Shown here in pieces: positions 1 to 8,762 of a stretch of 8,762 nt of DNA. Both the position numbers and the translations under genes were made by a program. Each line of letters begins with the position of its first letter. Position 1 is the stretch's first letter. The stretch lies in IMG/VR virus record IMGVR_UViG_2548876943_000018. The stretch is one strand, 5' to 3'. The DNA is from a virus. Its lineage: Duplodnaviria > Heunggongvirae > Uroviricota > Caudoviricetes. The notes under the pieces are model-generated. The model saw only the letters and a program-made list of their open reading frames with translations, ran no database searches and had not been told where the DNA came from.

Positions 1-71
1 GTTCAGGGTTGTCGGACTTGTGCAAGTTGCCAGGAGGATCTGGAGCTTATCAGTAAACAGAGAGGTTCGAA

Positions 72-890
72 GTGAGCGAAATTAACTATCAGGAACTGCG
101 TGAAGCGGCAGCGCAGGCAATGCATGACGACTGGGGATTTGATGTGGACCTTTTCCATGAGATGGTAACACCATCGATTGTGCTGGCACTGCTGGATGAA
201 CGGGAAAGAAACCAGCAATACATCAAACGCCGCGACCAGGAGAACGAGGATATTGCGCTAACAGTAGGGAAACTGCGTGTTGAGCTTGAAACAGCAAAAT
301 CAAAACTCAACGAGCAGCGTGAGTATTACGAAGGTGTTATCTCGGATGGGAGTAAGCATATTGCTGAACTGGAAAAAATCGCCACTGAATATGCGCTGAA
401 ATTTCAGAAAGCCCAGGACGCATTAAAGCACGTTGTTTTGATGCGCAAATCAGAACAGGAAGCCACAGAGAACAACCTTATTGATAGTGAATGCCATGTT
501 GCTGAACTGGAAGAAGCGCTACGCGATAAGCAGGCGTTACTTGAAGCCTCAGAAAAACGCACGACAGCTCTTGCAGACGAAAACGAATATATTCGGAAGC
601 GATTTAAAGAACTCGATCTATTTTTTGGCAAAAACATTCTGGTCATGCAGGCTGCGATTATCGAATGGAGAGAAACCGGTAATGCAGAAAATGCACTGAT
701 GTGGATTTATAACATTTTGTTTGGACCAGGCGAATTACCTGGCGAAGATGAAAAAAATGCTCAGGCATATTTTGACCGTGAATATGAGCCTATTGATAAA
801 GAGCTAACGGAGCTGCACCGATGGTTTTATGAGAGCCATAAACGCGAAAAAGCCAAACGCACAGCTAAAGCAGAGAATGACCAATTATGA
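72..890 (+). CDS. Ead/Ea22-like prophage protein (272 aa, coiled-coil rich)
   Basis: GTG start at 72 with AGAGG Shine-Dalgarno at 61-65. N-terminus MSEINYQELREAAAQA...W matches what I recall of the conserved Ea22-like N-terminal motif. Stop overlaps the next start (ATGA at 887-890). Confidence 0.6.
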   Translation: MSEINYQELREAAAQAMHDDWGFDVDLFHEMVTPSIVLALLDERERNQQYIKRRDQENEDIALTVGKLRVELETAKSKLNEQREYYEGVISDGSKHIAELEKIATEYALKFQKAQDALKHVVLMRKSEQEATENNLIDSECHVAELEEALRDKQALLEASEKRTTALADENEYIRKRFKELDLFFGKNILVMQAAIIEWRETGNAENALMWIYNILFGPGELPGEDEKNAQAYFDREYEPIDKELTELHRWFYESHKREKAKRTAKAENDQL

Positions 891-1390
891 TCACTATTAC
901 CAGAGAGCGACTGCTGACAATCAAGCAGTGGCGCGAAACATACGGACCGGGTAGCAACGTTGTACTGCCGGCAGAAGAAGCGGAAGAACTGGCAAGAATT
1001 GCGCTGGCATCACTGGAAGCAAAACCAATAGCGTGGGAATGCGGCGAAAACATAATCCTGTTTAATCCTGACACAGTTGAAGCATACGCAAAACGTGCGG
1101 AGGTATCACCTAAACCACTATATGCCGCGCCGCCAGTTCCGGTAACTCCGGATGGTTGGATAAGCTGTAGTGAGCAAATGCCAGAAATGGGAGAGCGACA
1201 ATGCTATGTGTTAGCGGCTGACTTTAAAAACAACTACCCGCCAAACATCCCCAACACTCAGGTCGGCGTATATGGCGACTGGTTTAATGATGGCAATCCC
1301 ACTTGGGATGACGGTGATGGCGAAGACCTGTATCTCAAAGAGGTAACCCACTGGATGCCGCTACCGGAACCGCCGCAGGAGGTGAAGTGA
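887..1390 (+). CDS. DUF551-family prophage protein (167 aa)
   Basis: ATG overlaps the upstream stop. C-terminal motif VTHWMPLPEPP is characteristic of DUF551 as I recall it. Stop overlaps the next ATG (TGATG at 1388-1392). Confidence 0.6.
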   Translation: MITITRERLLTIKQWRETYGPGSNVVLPAEEAEELARIALASLEAKPIAWECGENIILFNPDTVEAYAKRAEVSPKPLYAAPPVPVTPDGWISCSEQMPEMGERQCYVLAADFKNNYPPNIPNTQVGVYGDWFNDGNPTWDDGDGEDLYLKEVTHWMPLPEPPQEVK

Positions 1391-1473
1391 TGAATTGGCC
1401 TGAAGCATTCACCGCTGTAGGAGTTGCAATAGCGGTGGCATTTATTCTGTATTCGCTTTTCCGCTGGGGATAA
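1390..1473 (+). CDS. Small predicted membrane peptide (27 aa, MNWPEAFTAVGVAIAVAFILYSLFRWG)
   Basis: ATG overlaps the stop of the preceding gene; one hydrophobic helix-length segment; fills the only gap between DUF551 and the next gene. Below the 60-aa cutoff of the ORF track, so read by hand. Confidence 0.3.
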   Translation: MNWPEAFTAVGVAIAVAFILYSLFRWG

Positions 1474-1477
1474 AGGA

Positions 1478-1720
1478 ATGTTCGCTCTGATTCAACGTGG
1501 TCAGATATACACCGATAGCGCCGGCTATCCGATAAAAATTCTTCGCTGCATAAACAACACTGTGTTGTACAGAAGAATGGATGGGCGAACACAGTCGGTA
1601 AAAATAAACGATTTTAATGAACTGTTTGAACGGATTGATCACCAGGAATACCGACAAATTCTGGCAGAAACAGAGCAGGAAGCTCATCTGAAAAAATTAC
1701 GAGCCATGAAAAGGAAGTAA
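1478..1720 (+). CDS. DUF4222-like small prophage protein (80 aa)
   Basis: ATG at 1478 with GGGGA 7 nt upstream. N-terminus MFALIQRGQIY...VLYRR resembles the DUF4222 family from memory. Packed in the same operon. Confidence 0.45.
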   Translation: MFALIQRGQIYTDSAGYPIKILRCINNTVLYRRMDGRTQSVKINDFNELFERIDHQEYRQILAETEQEAHLKKLRAMKRK

Positions 1721-1723
1721 AGA

Positions 1724-1870
1724 ATGAATAAAGCATTTGAACGATGGGTCCACCAGCGTTACGGCAATCACTATGACCTGACGCGAGATGGTGACGGTTT
1801 CTACTGTCGTGAAGTTGTGAAGCGAATGTTTGACGTGTGGTGCCACTGCCGTGGGCTGAGTGTTGTGTGA
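1724..1870 (+). CDS. Hypothetical small Cys/His-containing protein (48 aa, MNKAFERWVHQRYGNHYDLTRDGDGFYCREVVKRMFDVWCHCRGLSVV)
   Basis: ATG at 1724 with AGGA 8 nt upstream; TGA at 1868-1870. Fills the gap between DUF4222 and xis; contains C-x(n)-C-H-C. Not in the ORF track (under 60 aa). Confidence 0.35.
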   Translation: MNKAFERWVHQRYGNHYDLTRDGDGFYCREVVKRMFDVWCHCRGLSVV

Positions 1871-1878
1871 GGTGATGT

Positions 1879-2088
1879 ATGGGGCTGGATTGCGTGCCTA
1901 TATCAACCTACTGCCGCGACGCGGGAGAAACGGTTGATGCCGTTAACAAACGGATACAAAGAGGAATATGGAAAGAAGGGGTTCATGTATTAAAAGTCGA
2001 TGGAGTTAAAGAACGCTGGGTCGACTTAATAGAGGTTTCAAAATGGGCAAGAAAGAACAAGGATTATTATCTCTGCCAAGAGGAGTAA
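1879..2088 (+). CDS. xis: Putative excisionase (Xis-like, 69 aa)
   Basis: Small basic protein immediately upstream of the integrase, overlapping it by 46 nt, which is the typical xis-int arrangement. GAGGTGA Shine-Dalgarno at 1869-1875. The W...G...V.KR...G.W.EG.H..K pattern resembles the DUF1233 putative-excisionase family from memory. Confidence 0.55.
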   Translation: MGLDCVPISTYCRDAGETVDAVNKRIQRGIWKEGVHVLKVDGVKERWVDLIEVSKWARKNKDYYLCQEE

Positions 2089-3227
2089 CTATTCGTAAGC
2101 ATAAAACTGCTTCAACACTAGTTATCACTTTCACATATAAAGGGGTTCTTTGCAGGGAGCCCCTGTCTCGGCTTGAGGCAAATACACGTGGTATTAAATA
2201 TGCTGAGCGCCTGCTAGGGGAGATACAAAATCAGATCGCCAGCGGAACGTTTGAATATGCGAAATATTTCCCCAGTTCCAAAAAACTGGAGTTATTCGGT
2301 ATAGTAAAGAAAACCAAAAATATTAAGTCCTATCTTGATGAATACCTGAAAATTTGCATGAACCGCAATCTGTCGCCGTCAACCATTGGCGGTTACGAAA
2401 AATGTATATCAGCACTATCAGAGCTACATAAACTACATGTAACAGAATTGACGCCTGCGGTACTAAAAAATTGGATAGCCAGCCGAAAAACTAAGCTGAA
2501 AACAATCAGGAATAACCTGTCATTTCTGCGCAGCGCCATTGATGAGGCTGTAACTGATGGCCTGTTGACTATTAACCCGGTAACTCTTGTCAGCGCCAGC
2601 CGGTATCACGTGGTCGACAGTAAACCGAACGCCGACGATTACGAAGTTGATCCGTTTGCGCCTGCGGAAACCAGTGCCATATATCAGCACTGCAAGTATC
2701 AGGAATGGCAGAATCTGTTCCGCTTCGCCTTCAATACAGGGCTACGCAGCTCTGAGCTATGCGCATTACGTTGGACCGATATCGACTTTATAGGTAATAC
2801 AGCGCACATACAGGCAGCCAGTGTCGTAGGCATATTGAAAGGCACCAAAACAAAAGCAGGCACCCGTAAAGTGAAATTAAACAGTGAGGCTCTGGCGGCT
2901 CTGCAAGCACAAAAGCAATTCACATTCATGAAAAGCGAGTTCATATTCAGTGACCCCAAAACGAAAGAGCCTTGGGCGAACGCTGATGCAATCCGCAAAA
3001 AAGCATGGGTTCCCACCCTTAAAAAAGCCGGTGTCCGTTACCGTAACCCCTACCAGACGCGACACACGTTCGCCACGCGGCACATCAGCCAAGGTGTAAA
3101 TCTATTCTGGCTTGCTGGCCAGATGGGCCACAAAGGACCGGAAATGCTGTTCCGACATTATGGTCGCTACCTTTCGGCCTATGATGGCAAAACGTCACTT
3201 GATAACCATGCACAACATTTTACGTGA
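2043..3227 (+). CDS. int: Phage tyrosine integrase (site-specific recombinase, 394 aa), apparently intact
   Basis: AGAGG Shine-Dalgarno 7 nt upstream of ATG. N-terminal arm-binding-like region (LPRGVTIRKHK...). C-terminal catalytic domain carries the canonical tyrosine-recombinase residues: Arg in NTGLRSSELCALRW, H-x-x-R in RHTFATRH, His in MGHKGPEM, Tyr nucleophile in RHYGRYL. Confidence 0.9.
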   Translation: MGKKEQGLLSLPRGVTIRKHKTASTLVITFTYKGVLCREPLSRLEANTRGIKYAERLLGEIQNQIASGTFEYAKYFPSSKKLELFGIVKKTKNIKSYLDEYLKICMNRNLSPSTIGGYEKCISALSELHKLHVTELTPAVLKNWIASRKTKLKTIRNNLSFLRSAIDEAVTDGLLTINPVTLVSASRYHVVDSKPNADDYEVDPFAPAETSAIYQHCKYQEWQNLFRFAFNTGLRSSELCALRWTDIDFIGNTAHIQAASVVGILKGTKTKAGTRKVKLNSEALAALQAQKQFTFMKSEFIFSDPKTKEPWANADAIRKKAWVPTLKKAGVRYRNPYQTRHTFATRHISQGVNLFWLAGQMGHKGPEMLFRHYGRYLSAYDGKTSLDNHAQHFT

Positions 3228-3467
3228 TCGCCCTATGCGCGCGTTTCCAATCACAAACATAGCAAAACTGAAGACCACCTTGATTAAAAAAATAAGCTAT
3301 CATCTATGTAATCAATAGGTAAAAAAACAGTGCAAACCACCAAATAAAACATTAAAAATCATGATGTTACACATTAGCAAGAAACAATACAAAAACATTT
3401 CACTTGACTTATCTTAATATTATGATTTTAAAGAAAAATATTTTTTTAACAAGACAGTGTATGGACT

Positions 3468-3494
3468 GTGATAGTACTTGAAGAGTGGTAGTAC
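3468..3494. repeat. Direct repeat GTGRTAGTAC, two copies (3468-3477 and 3485-3494), candidate recombinase arm-type binding sites
   Basis: Read directly: GTGATAGTAC and GTGGTAGTAC, 17 bp start to start, with a 5-bp inverted repeat ACAGT/ACTGT at 3454-3469 immediately upstream. Confidence 0.4.
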
Positions 3495-3677
3495 AAGCTG
3501 TTATCCTTTGCTCCACAAATACAAGATTTTGTTGTTTTTTGATTTTCAATCACTTAGCGTATCAGCGGCGAAACGCAATAACTGGAGTCCACTATGAAAA
3601 AAACCCTAGCAGTAGGTTTTGGTGAAGGTTAACTTCTGATCTTTACTATTTAAAAAAACGCTCTCCATTAGCACAAC

Positions 3678-3704
3678 AAGACCTCCTCATGGAGGTCTTT
3701 TGTT
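3678..3704 (+). terminator. Rho-independent terminator hairpin
   Basis: Perfect 9-bp stem AAGACCTCC / GGAGGTCTT with a 4-nt loop TCAT, followed by TTTTGTT. Only the + strand has the trailing T-run. Confidence 0.55.
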
Positions 3705-3719
3705 ATAGGAAACAAAGAG

Positions 3720-4551
<832 letters not shown>

Positions 4552-4570
4552 GCGCAAAGGAATTGAGCGG

Positions 4571-5839
4571 ATGTATGATTTTGTGATTATTGGCGGCGGC
4601 ATCATCGGCATGTCGACCGCCATGCAACTGATTGATGTCTATCCGGATGCCCGTATTGCGTTGCTGGAAAAAGAGTCCGGCCCGGCCTGTCACCAGACGG
4701 GCCACAACAGCGGCGTGATCCATGCCGGGGTCTATTACACGCCCGGCAGCCTGAAGGCGCAGTTTTGCCTGGCGGGAAACCGCGCCACCAAAGCCTTTTG
4801 CGATCAAAACGACATTCGCTATGACAACTGCGGCAAGATGCTGGTCGCCACGTCCGATCTCGAAATGGAACGGATGCGCGCGTTGTGGGAACGCACGGCG
4901 GCGAACGGTATCGAGCGCGAGTGGTTAAACGCCGAGGAACTGCGCGAGCGCGAACCGAATATCACCGGGCTCGGCGGCATTTTTGTGCCGTCCAGCGGCA
5001 TTGTCAGCTATCGCGAAGTCACAGCGGCAATGGCAAAAATCTTCCAGGCCAGAGGCGGTGAGATTATTTATAACGCCGAAGTCAGCGCCCTCAGTGAGCA
5101 TAAAAACGGCGTGGTCGTCCGAACCCGTCAGGGCGGCGAATATGAAGCATCGACGCTGATTAGCTGTTCCGGGCTGATGGCTGACCGGCTGGTGAAAATG
5201 CTCGGCCTCGAACCGGGTTTTATTATCTGCCCGTTCCGTGGCGAGTATTTCCGCCTTGCGCCGGAGCATAACCAGATTGTTAACCATCTGATTTACCCCA
5301 TCCCCGACCCGGCAATGCCGTTTTTGGGCGTGCATCTCACCCGCATGATCGACGGCAGCGTGACCGTCGGGCCAAACGCGGTGCTGGCTTTTAAACGCGA
5401 AGGCTATCGCAAGCGCGACTTCTCATTTAGCGACACGCTGGAAATTTTAGGCTCGTCGGGGATTCGCCGGGTGCTGCAAAACCATCTACGCTCAGGACTG
5501 GGCGAGATGAAAAACTCGCTGTGCAAAAGCGGCTATCTGCGGCTGGTGCAAAAGTATTGTCCCCGGCTTTCGTTAAGCGATCTCCAGCCCTGGCCCGCCG
5601 GTGTGCGGGCGCAGGCGGTATCGCCGGACGGCAAGCTGATTGACGATTTTCTGTTTGTCACCACCCCGCGCACGATCCACACCTGCAATGCGCCCTCCCC
5701 GGCAGCGACATCAGCAATTCCTATTGGTGCGCATATTGTCAGCAAGGTACAAACGCTGTTGGCAAGCCAGAGTAACCCCGGACGCACGCTGCGAGCGGCA
5801 CGTAGTGTGGATGCCTTACACGCCGCATTTAATCAATAA
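4571..5839 (+). CDS. lhgO: L-2-hydroxyglutarate oxidase/dehydrogenase (FAD-dependent, 422 aa)
   Basis: N-terminal FAD-binding fold motif DFVIIGGGIIGMSTA; AAGGA Shine-Dalgarno upstream; immediately downstream of csiD and upstream of gabD as in the canonical operon. Confidence 0.9.
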   Translation: MYDFVIIGGGIIGMSTAMQLIDVYPDARIALLEKESGPACHQTGHNSGVIHAGVYYTPGSLKAQFCLAGNRATKAFCDQNDIRYDNCGKMLVATSDLEMERMRALWERTAANGIEREWLNAEELREREPNITGLGGIFVPSSGIVSYREVTAAMAKIFQARGGEIIYNAEVSALSEHKNGVVVRTRQGGEYEASTLISCSGLMADRLVKMLGLEPGFIICPFRGEYFRLAPEHNQIVNHLIYPIPDPAMPFLGVHLTRMIDGSVTVGPNAVLAFKREGYRKRDFSFSDTLEILGSSGIRRVLQNHLRSGLGEMKNSLCKSGYLRLVQKYCPRLSLSDLQPWPAGVRAQAVSPDGKLIDDFLFVTTPRTIHTCNAPSPAATSAIPIGAHIVSKVQTLLASQSNPGRTLRAARSVDALHAAFNQ

Positions 5840-5861
5840 CCTTTGAAAACAGGACGTAACA

Positions 5862-7310
5862 ATGAAACTTAACGACAGTAACTTATTCCGCCAGCAGGCG
5901 TTGATTAACGGGGAATGGCTGGACGCCAACAATGGCGAGGTCATCGACGTCACCAATCCGGCGAACGGCGACAAGCTGGGTAGCGTACCCAAAATGGGCG
6001 CTGATGAAACCCGCGCCGCTATCGACGCCGCCAACCGCGCTCTGCCCGCCTGGCGTGCGCTCACCGCCAAAGAACGCGCCAACATTCTGCGCAACTGGTT
6101 CAATTTGATGATGGAGCATCAGGACGATTTAGCGCGCCTGATGACCCTCGAACAGGGCAAACCACTGGCCGAAGCGAAAGGCGAAATCAGCTACGCTGCC
6201 TCTTTTATTGAGTGGTTTGCCGAAGAAGGCAAACGTATTTATGGCGATACCATTCCCGGTCATCAGGCCGATAAGCGCCTGATTGTTATCAAGCAGCCGA
6301 TTGGCGTTACCGCAGCTATCACGCCGTGGAACTTCCCGGCGGCGATGATTACCCGTAAAGCCGGTCCGGCGCTGGCGGCAGGCTGCACCATGGTGCTGAA
6401 GCCCGCCAGTCAGACACCGTTCTCTGCGCTGGCGCTGGCGGAGCTGGCGATTCGCGCGGGCATTCCGGCTGGCGTGTTTAACGTGGTCACCGGTTCGGCA
6501 GGCGCGGTCGGTAATGAACTGACCAGCAACCTGCTGGTACGCAAACTGTCGTTTACCGGTTCGACCGAAATTGGCCGCCAGTTAATGGAACAGTGCGCGA
6601 AAGACATCAAAAAAGTGTCGCTGGAGCTGGGCGGCAACGCGCCGTTTATCGTCTTTGACGATGCCGATCTCGATAAAGCCGTGGAAGACGCGCTGGCCTC
6701 GAAATTCCGCAACGCCGGGCAAACCTGCGTCTGCGCCAACCGTTTATACGTGCAGGACGGCGTGTATGACCGCTTTGCCGAAAAATTGCAGCAGGCGGTG
6801 AGCAAACTGCACATCGGCGACGGGCTGGATAAAGGCGTCACCATCGGGCCGCTGATCGATGAAAAAGCGGTAGCAAAAGTGGAAGAGCATATTGCCGATG
6901 CGCTGGAGAAAGGTGCGCGTGTGGTTTGCGGCGGTAAAGCGGATGAACGCGGCGGCAACTTCTTCCAGCCGACCATTCTGGTGGACGTGCCGGCCAACGC
7001 CAAAGTGTCGAAAGAAGAGACGTTCGGCCCCCTCGCCCCGCTGTTCCGCTTTAAAGATGAAGCCGATGTGATTGCGCAAGCCAATGACACCGAGTTTGGC
7101 CTTGCCGCCTATTTCTACGCCCGTGATTTAAGCCGCGTCTTCCGCGTGGGCGAAGCGCTGGAGTACGGCATCGTCGGCATCAATACCGGCATTATTTCCA
7201 ATGAAGTGGCCCCGTTCGGCGGCATCAAAGCCTCGGGTCTGGGTCGTGAAGGTTCGAAGTATGGCATCGAAGATTACTTAGAAATCAAATATATGTGCAT
7301 CGGTCTTTAA
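5862..7310 (+). CDS. gabD: NADP-dependent succinate-semialdehyde dehydrogenase (482 aa)
   Basis: Aldehyde-dehydrogenase signatures: catalytic Cys region FRNAGQTCVCANR, ELGGNAP motif, conserved FGP near the C-terminus. AGGA Shine-Dalgarno before ATG 5862. Confidence 0.95.
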   Translation: MKLNDSNLFRQQALINGEWLDANNGEVIDVTNPANGDKLGSVPKMGADETRAAIDAANRALPAWRALTAKERANILRNWFNLMMEHQDDLARLMTLEQGKPLAEAKGEISYAASFIEWFAEEGKRIYGDTIPGHQADKRLIVIKQPIGVTAAITPWNFPAAMITRKAGPALAAGCTMVLKPASQTPFSALALAELAIRAGIPAGVFNVVTGSAGAVGNELTSNLLVRKLSFTGSTEIGRQLMEQCAKDIKKVSLELGGNAPFIVFDDADLDKAVEDALASKFRNAGQTCVCANRLYVQDGVYDRFAEKLQQAVSKLHIGDGLDKGVTIGPLIDEKAVAKVEEHIADALEKGARVVCGGKADERGGNFFQPTILVDVPANAKVSKEETFGPLAPLFRFKDEADVIAQANDTEFGLAAYFYARDLSRVFRVGEALEYGIVGINTGIISNEVAPFGGIKASGLGREGSKYGIEDYLEIKYMCIGL

Positions 7311-7323
7311 CTGGAGAATGCGA

Positions 7324-8604
7324 ATGAACAGCAATAAAGAGTTAATGCAGCGCCGCAGTCAGGCGATTCCCCGTGGCATTGGGCAAATTCACCCGATTTT
7401 CGCTGACCGCGCGGAAAACTGCCGGGTGTGGGACGTTGAAGGCCGTGAGTATCTTGATTTCGCGGGCGGGATTGCGGTGCTCAATACCGGGCACCTGCAT
7501 CCGAAGGTGGTGGCTGCGGTGGAAGCGCAGTTGAAAAAACTGTCGCACACCTGCTTCCAGGTGCTGGCTTACGAGCCGTATCTGGAGCTGTGCGAAATAA
7601 TGAATCAGAAGGTACCGGGCGATTTCGCCAAAAAAACGCTGCTGGTCACCACAGGTTCTGAAGCGGTGGAAAACGCGGTGAAAATCGCCCGCGCCGCCAC
7701 CAAACGTAGCGGCACCATCGCCTTTAGCGGCGCGTATCACGGGCGCACGCACTACACGCTGGCGCTGACCGGTAAGGTGAATCCGTACTCTGCGGGCATG
7801 GGCCTGATGCCGGGCCATGTTTATCGCGCACTTTATCCTTGCCCACTGCACGGCTTCAGTGAAGATGACGCTATCGCCAGCATTCACCGAATTTTTAAAA
7901 ATGACGCTGCGCCGGAAGATATCGCCGCCATCGTGATTGAGCCGGTTCAGGGCGAAGGCGGTTTCTACGCCGCGACGCCAGCCTTTATGCAGCGTTTACG
8001 CGCGCTGTGTGACGAGCACGGGATCATGCTGATTGCCGATGAAGTGCAGAGCGGCGCGGGGCGTACCGGCACGCTGTTTGCGATGGAGCAAATGGGCGTG
8101 GCACCGGATCTCACCACCTTTGCGAAATCGATCGCAGGCGGTTTCCCTCTGGCGGGCGTCACCGGGCGCGCGGAAGTGATGGACGCTGTTGCACCGGGCG
8201 GTCTGGGCGGCACCTATGCCGGTAACCCGATTGCCTGCGTGGCAGCGCTGGAAGTGTTGAAGGTGTTCGAGCAGGAAAATCTGCTGCAAAAAGCCAACGA
8301 TCTGGGGCAGAAGTTGAAAGACGGATTGCTGGTGATAGCCGAAAAACACCCGGAGATCGGCGACGTACGCGGGCTGGGAGCGATGATTGCCATCGAGCTG
8401 TTTGAAGATGGCGATCACAGCAAACCGGACGCAAAACTCACCGCCGAGATCGTGGCACGCGCCCGCGATAAAGGCCTGATTCTTCTCTCCTGCGGCCCGT
8501 ATTACAACGTGCTGCGCATCCTTGTACCGCTCACCATTGAAGACGCTCAGATCCGTCAGGGTCTGGAGATCATCAGCCAGTGTTTTGCTGAGGCGAAGCA
8601 GTAG
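7324..8604 (+). CDS. gabT: 4-aminobutyrate aminotransferase (PLP-dependent, class III, 426 aa from the second ATG)
   Basis: Class-III aminotransferase features, including the PLP-lysine region TTFAKSIAGGFPLAG. GGAG at 7313-7316 is 7 nt from ATG 7324 but only 1 nt from ATG 7318, so the MNSNKEL start is preferred over the ORF-track MRMNSNK start. Confidence 0.95.
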   Translation: MNSNKELMQRRSQAIPRGIGQIHPIFADRAENCRVWDVEGREYLDFAGGIAVLNTGHLHPKVVAAVEAQLKKLSHTCFQVLAYEPYLELCEIMNQKVPGDFAKKTLLVTTGSEAVENAVKIARAATKRSGTIAFSGAYHGRTHYTLALTGKVNPYSAGMGLMPGHVYRALYPCPLHGFSEDDAIASIHRIFKNDAAPEDIAAIVIEPVQGEGGFYAATPAFMQRLRALCDEHGIMLIADEVQSGAGRTGTLFAMEQMGVAPDLTTFAKSIAGGFPLAGVTGRAEVMDAVAPGGLGGTYAGNPIACVAALEVLKVFEQENLLQKANDLGQKLKDGLLVIAEKHPEIGDVRGLGAMIAIELFEDGDHSKPDAKLTAEIVARARDKGLILLSCGPYYNVLRILVPLTIEDAQIRQGLEIISQCFAEAKQ

Positions 8605-8710
8605 CTATGTCCGTTTGTAAGAGTTAAACGTTGCTAAGGGAATGATAACGATGCAGTAAAAAATAATAACGATGAGGCGATCGACAAAGTTAAAAACGAC
8701 TGCGGACTGT

Positions 8711-8747
8711 CCCCTCGCCCCTCTGGGGAGAGGGTTAGGGTGAGGGG
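8711..8747. repeat. GC-rich imperfect palindrome downstream of gabT (REP-like intergenic element or transcript-stabilising hairpin)
   Basis: CCCCTC...CCCTCT GGGG AGAGGG...GAGGGG: an inner 6-bp stem with GGGG loop nested in an outer 6-bp stem. No trailing T-run, so not called a canonical terminator. Confidence 0.4.
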
Positions 8748-8762
8748 TAATCACGCGGCTAC

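Noticed and set aside
1-56. Open frame running off the 5' edge and ending at TAA 54-56 (…SGLSDLCKLPGGSGAYQ*), possibly the 3' end of another phage gene
   Set aside because: Only 18 codons are visible, with no start and no recognisable motif. It fits the packed operon but cannot be supported as a feature.
3-218. 71-aa ORF on the - strand overlapping the start of the Ea22-like gene
   Set aside because: Antisense to a well-supported gene, with no ribosome-binding site and no recognisable protein features; likely a frame artifact.
2587-3318. Several ORFs of 68-105 aa inside or overlapping the integrase (2587-2793 +, 2699-3016 -, 2877-3092 -, 3112-3318 +)
   Set aside because: They are nested within or overlap the strongly supported int frame, lack start signals and have low-complexity composition; treated as spurious.
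3398-3432. Possible sigma-70 promoter around TTGACT (3404-3409)
   Set aside because: The TTGACT -35-like hexamer has no -10-like hexamer at 16-18 bp spacing: TATGAT is only 11 bp away and the 17-bp position reads TTTAAA. Resemblance in AT-rich DNA is expected by chance.

Overview
All supported genes are on the + strand. The window appears to hold the integrase-proximal end of a lambdoid prophage (about 1-3883) inserted into the coding sequence of csiD (glaH), the first gene of the enterobacterial csiD-lhgO-gabDTP operon. The phage part is a tightly packed, translationally coupled early-left module: Ea22-like protein, DUF551 protein, two tiny ORFs, a DUF4222-like protein, an excisionase and an intact tyrosine integrase. 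A roughly 650-bp AT-rich non-coding stretch follows, with direct and inverted repeats, a strong intrinsic terminator hairpin and a 54-codon hydrophobic ORF that ends at the junction. Host DNA resumes near 3883 with a csiD copy lacking its first ~100 codons and its promoter, followed by intact lhgO, gabD and gabT, which look Escherichia/Shigella-like. I see no tRNA, rRNA, CRISPR array or transposase. The main point of interest is the prophage junction inside csiD and the small elements packed against it. Family names and the native CsiD length are from memory of these families, not from a search.
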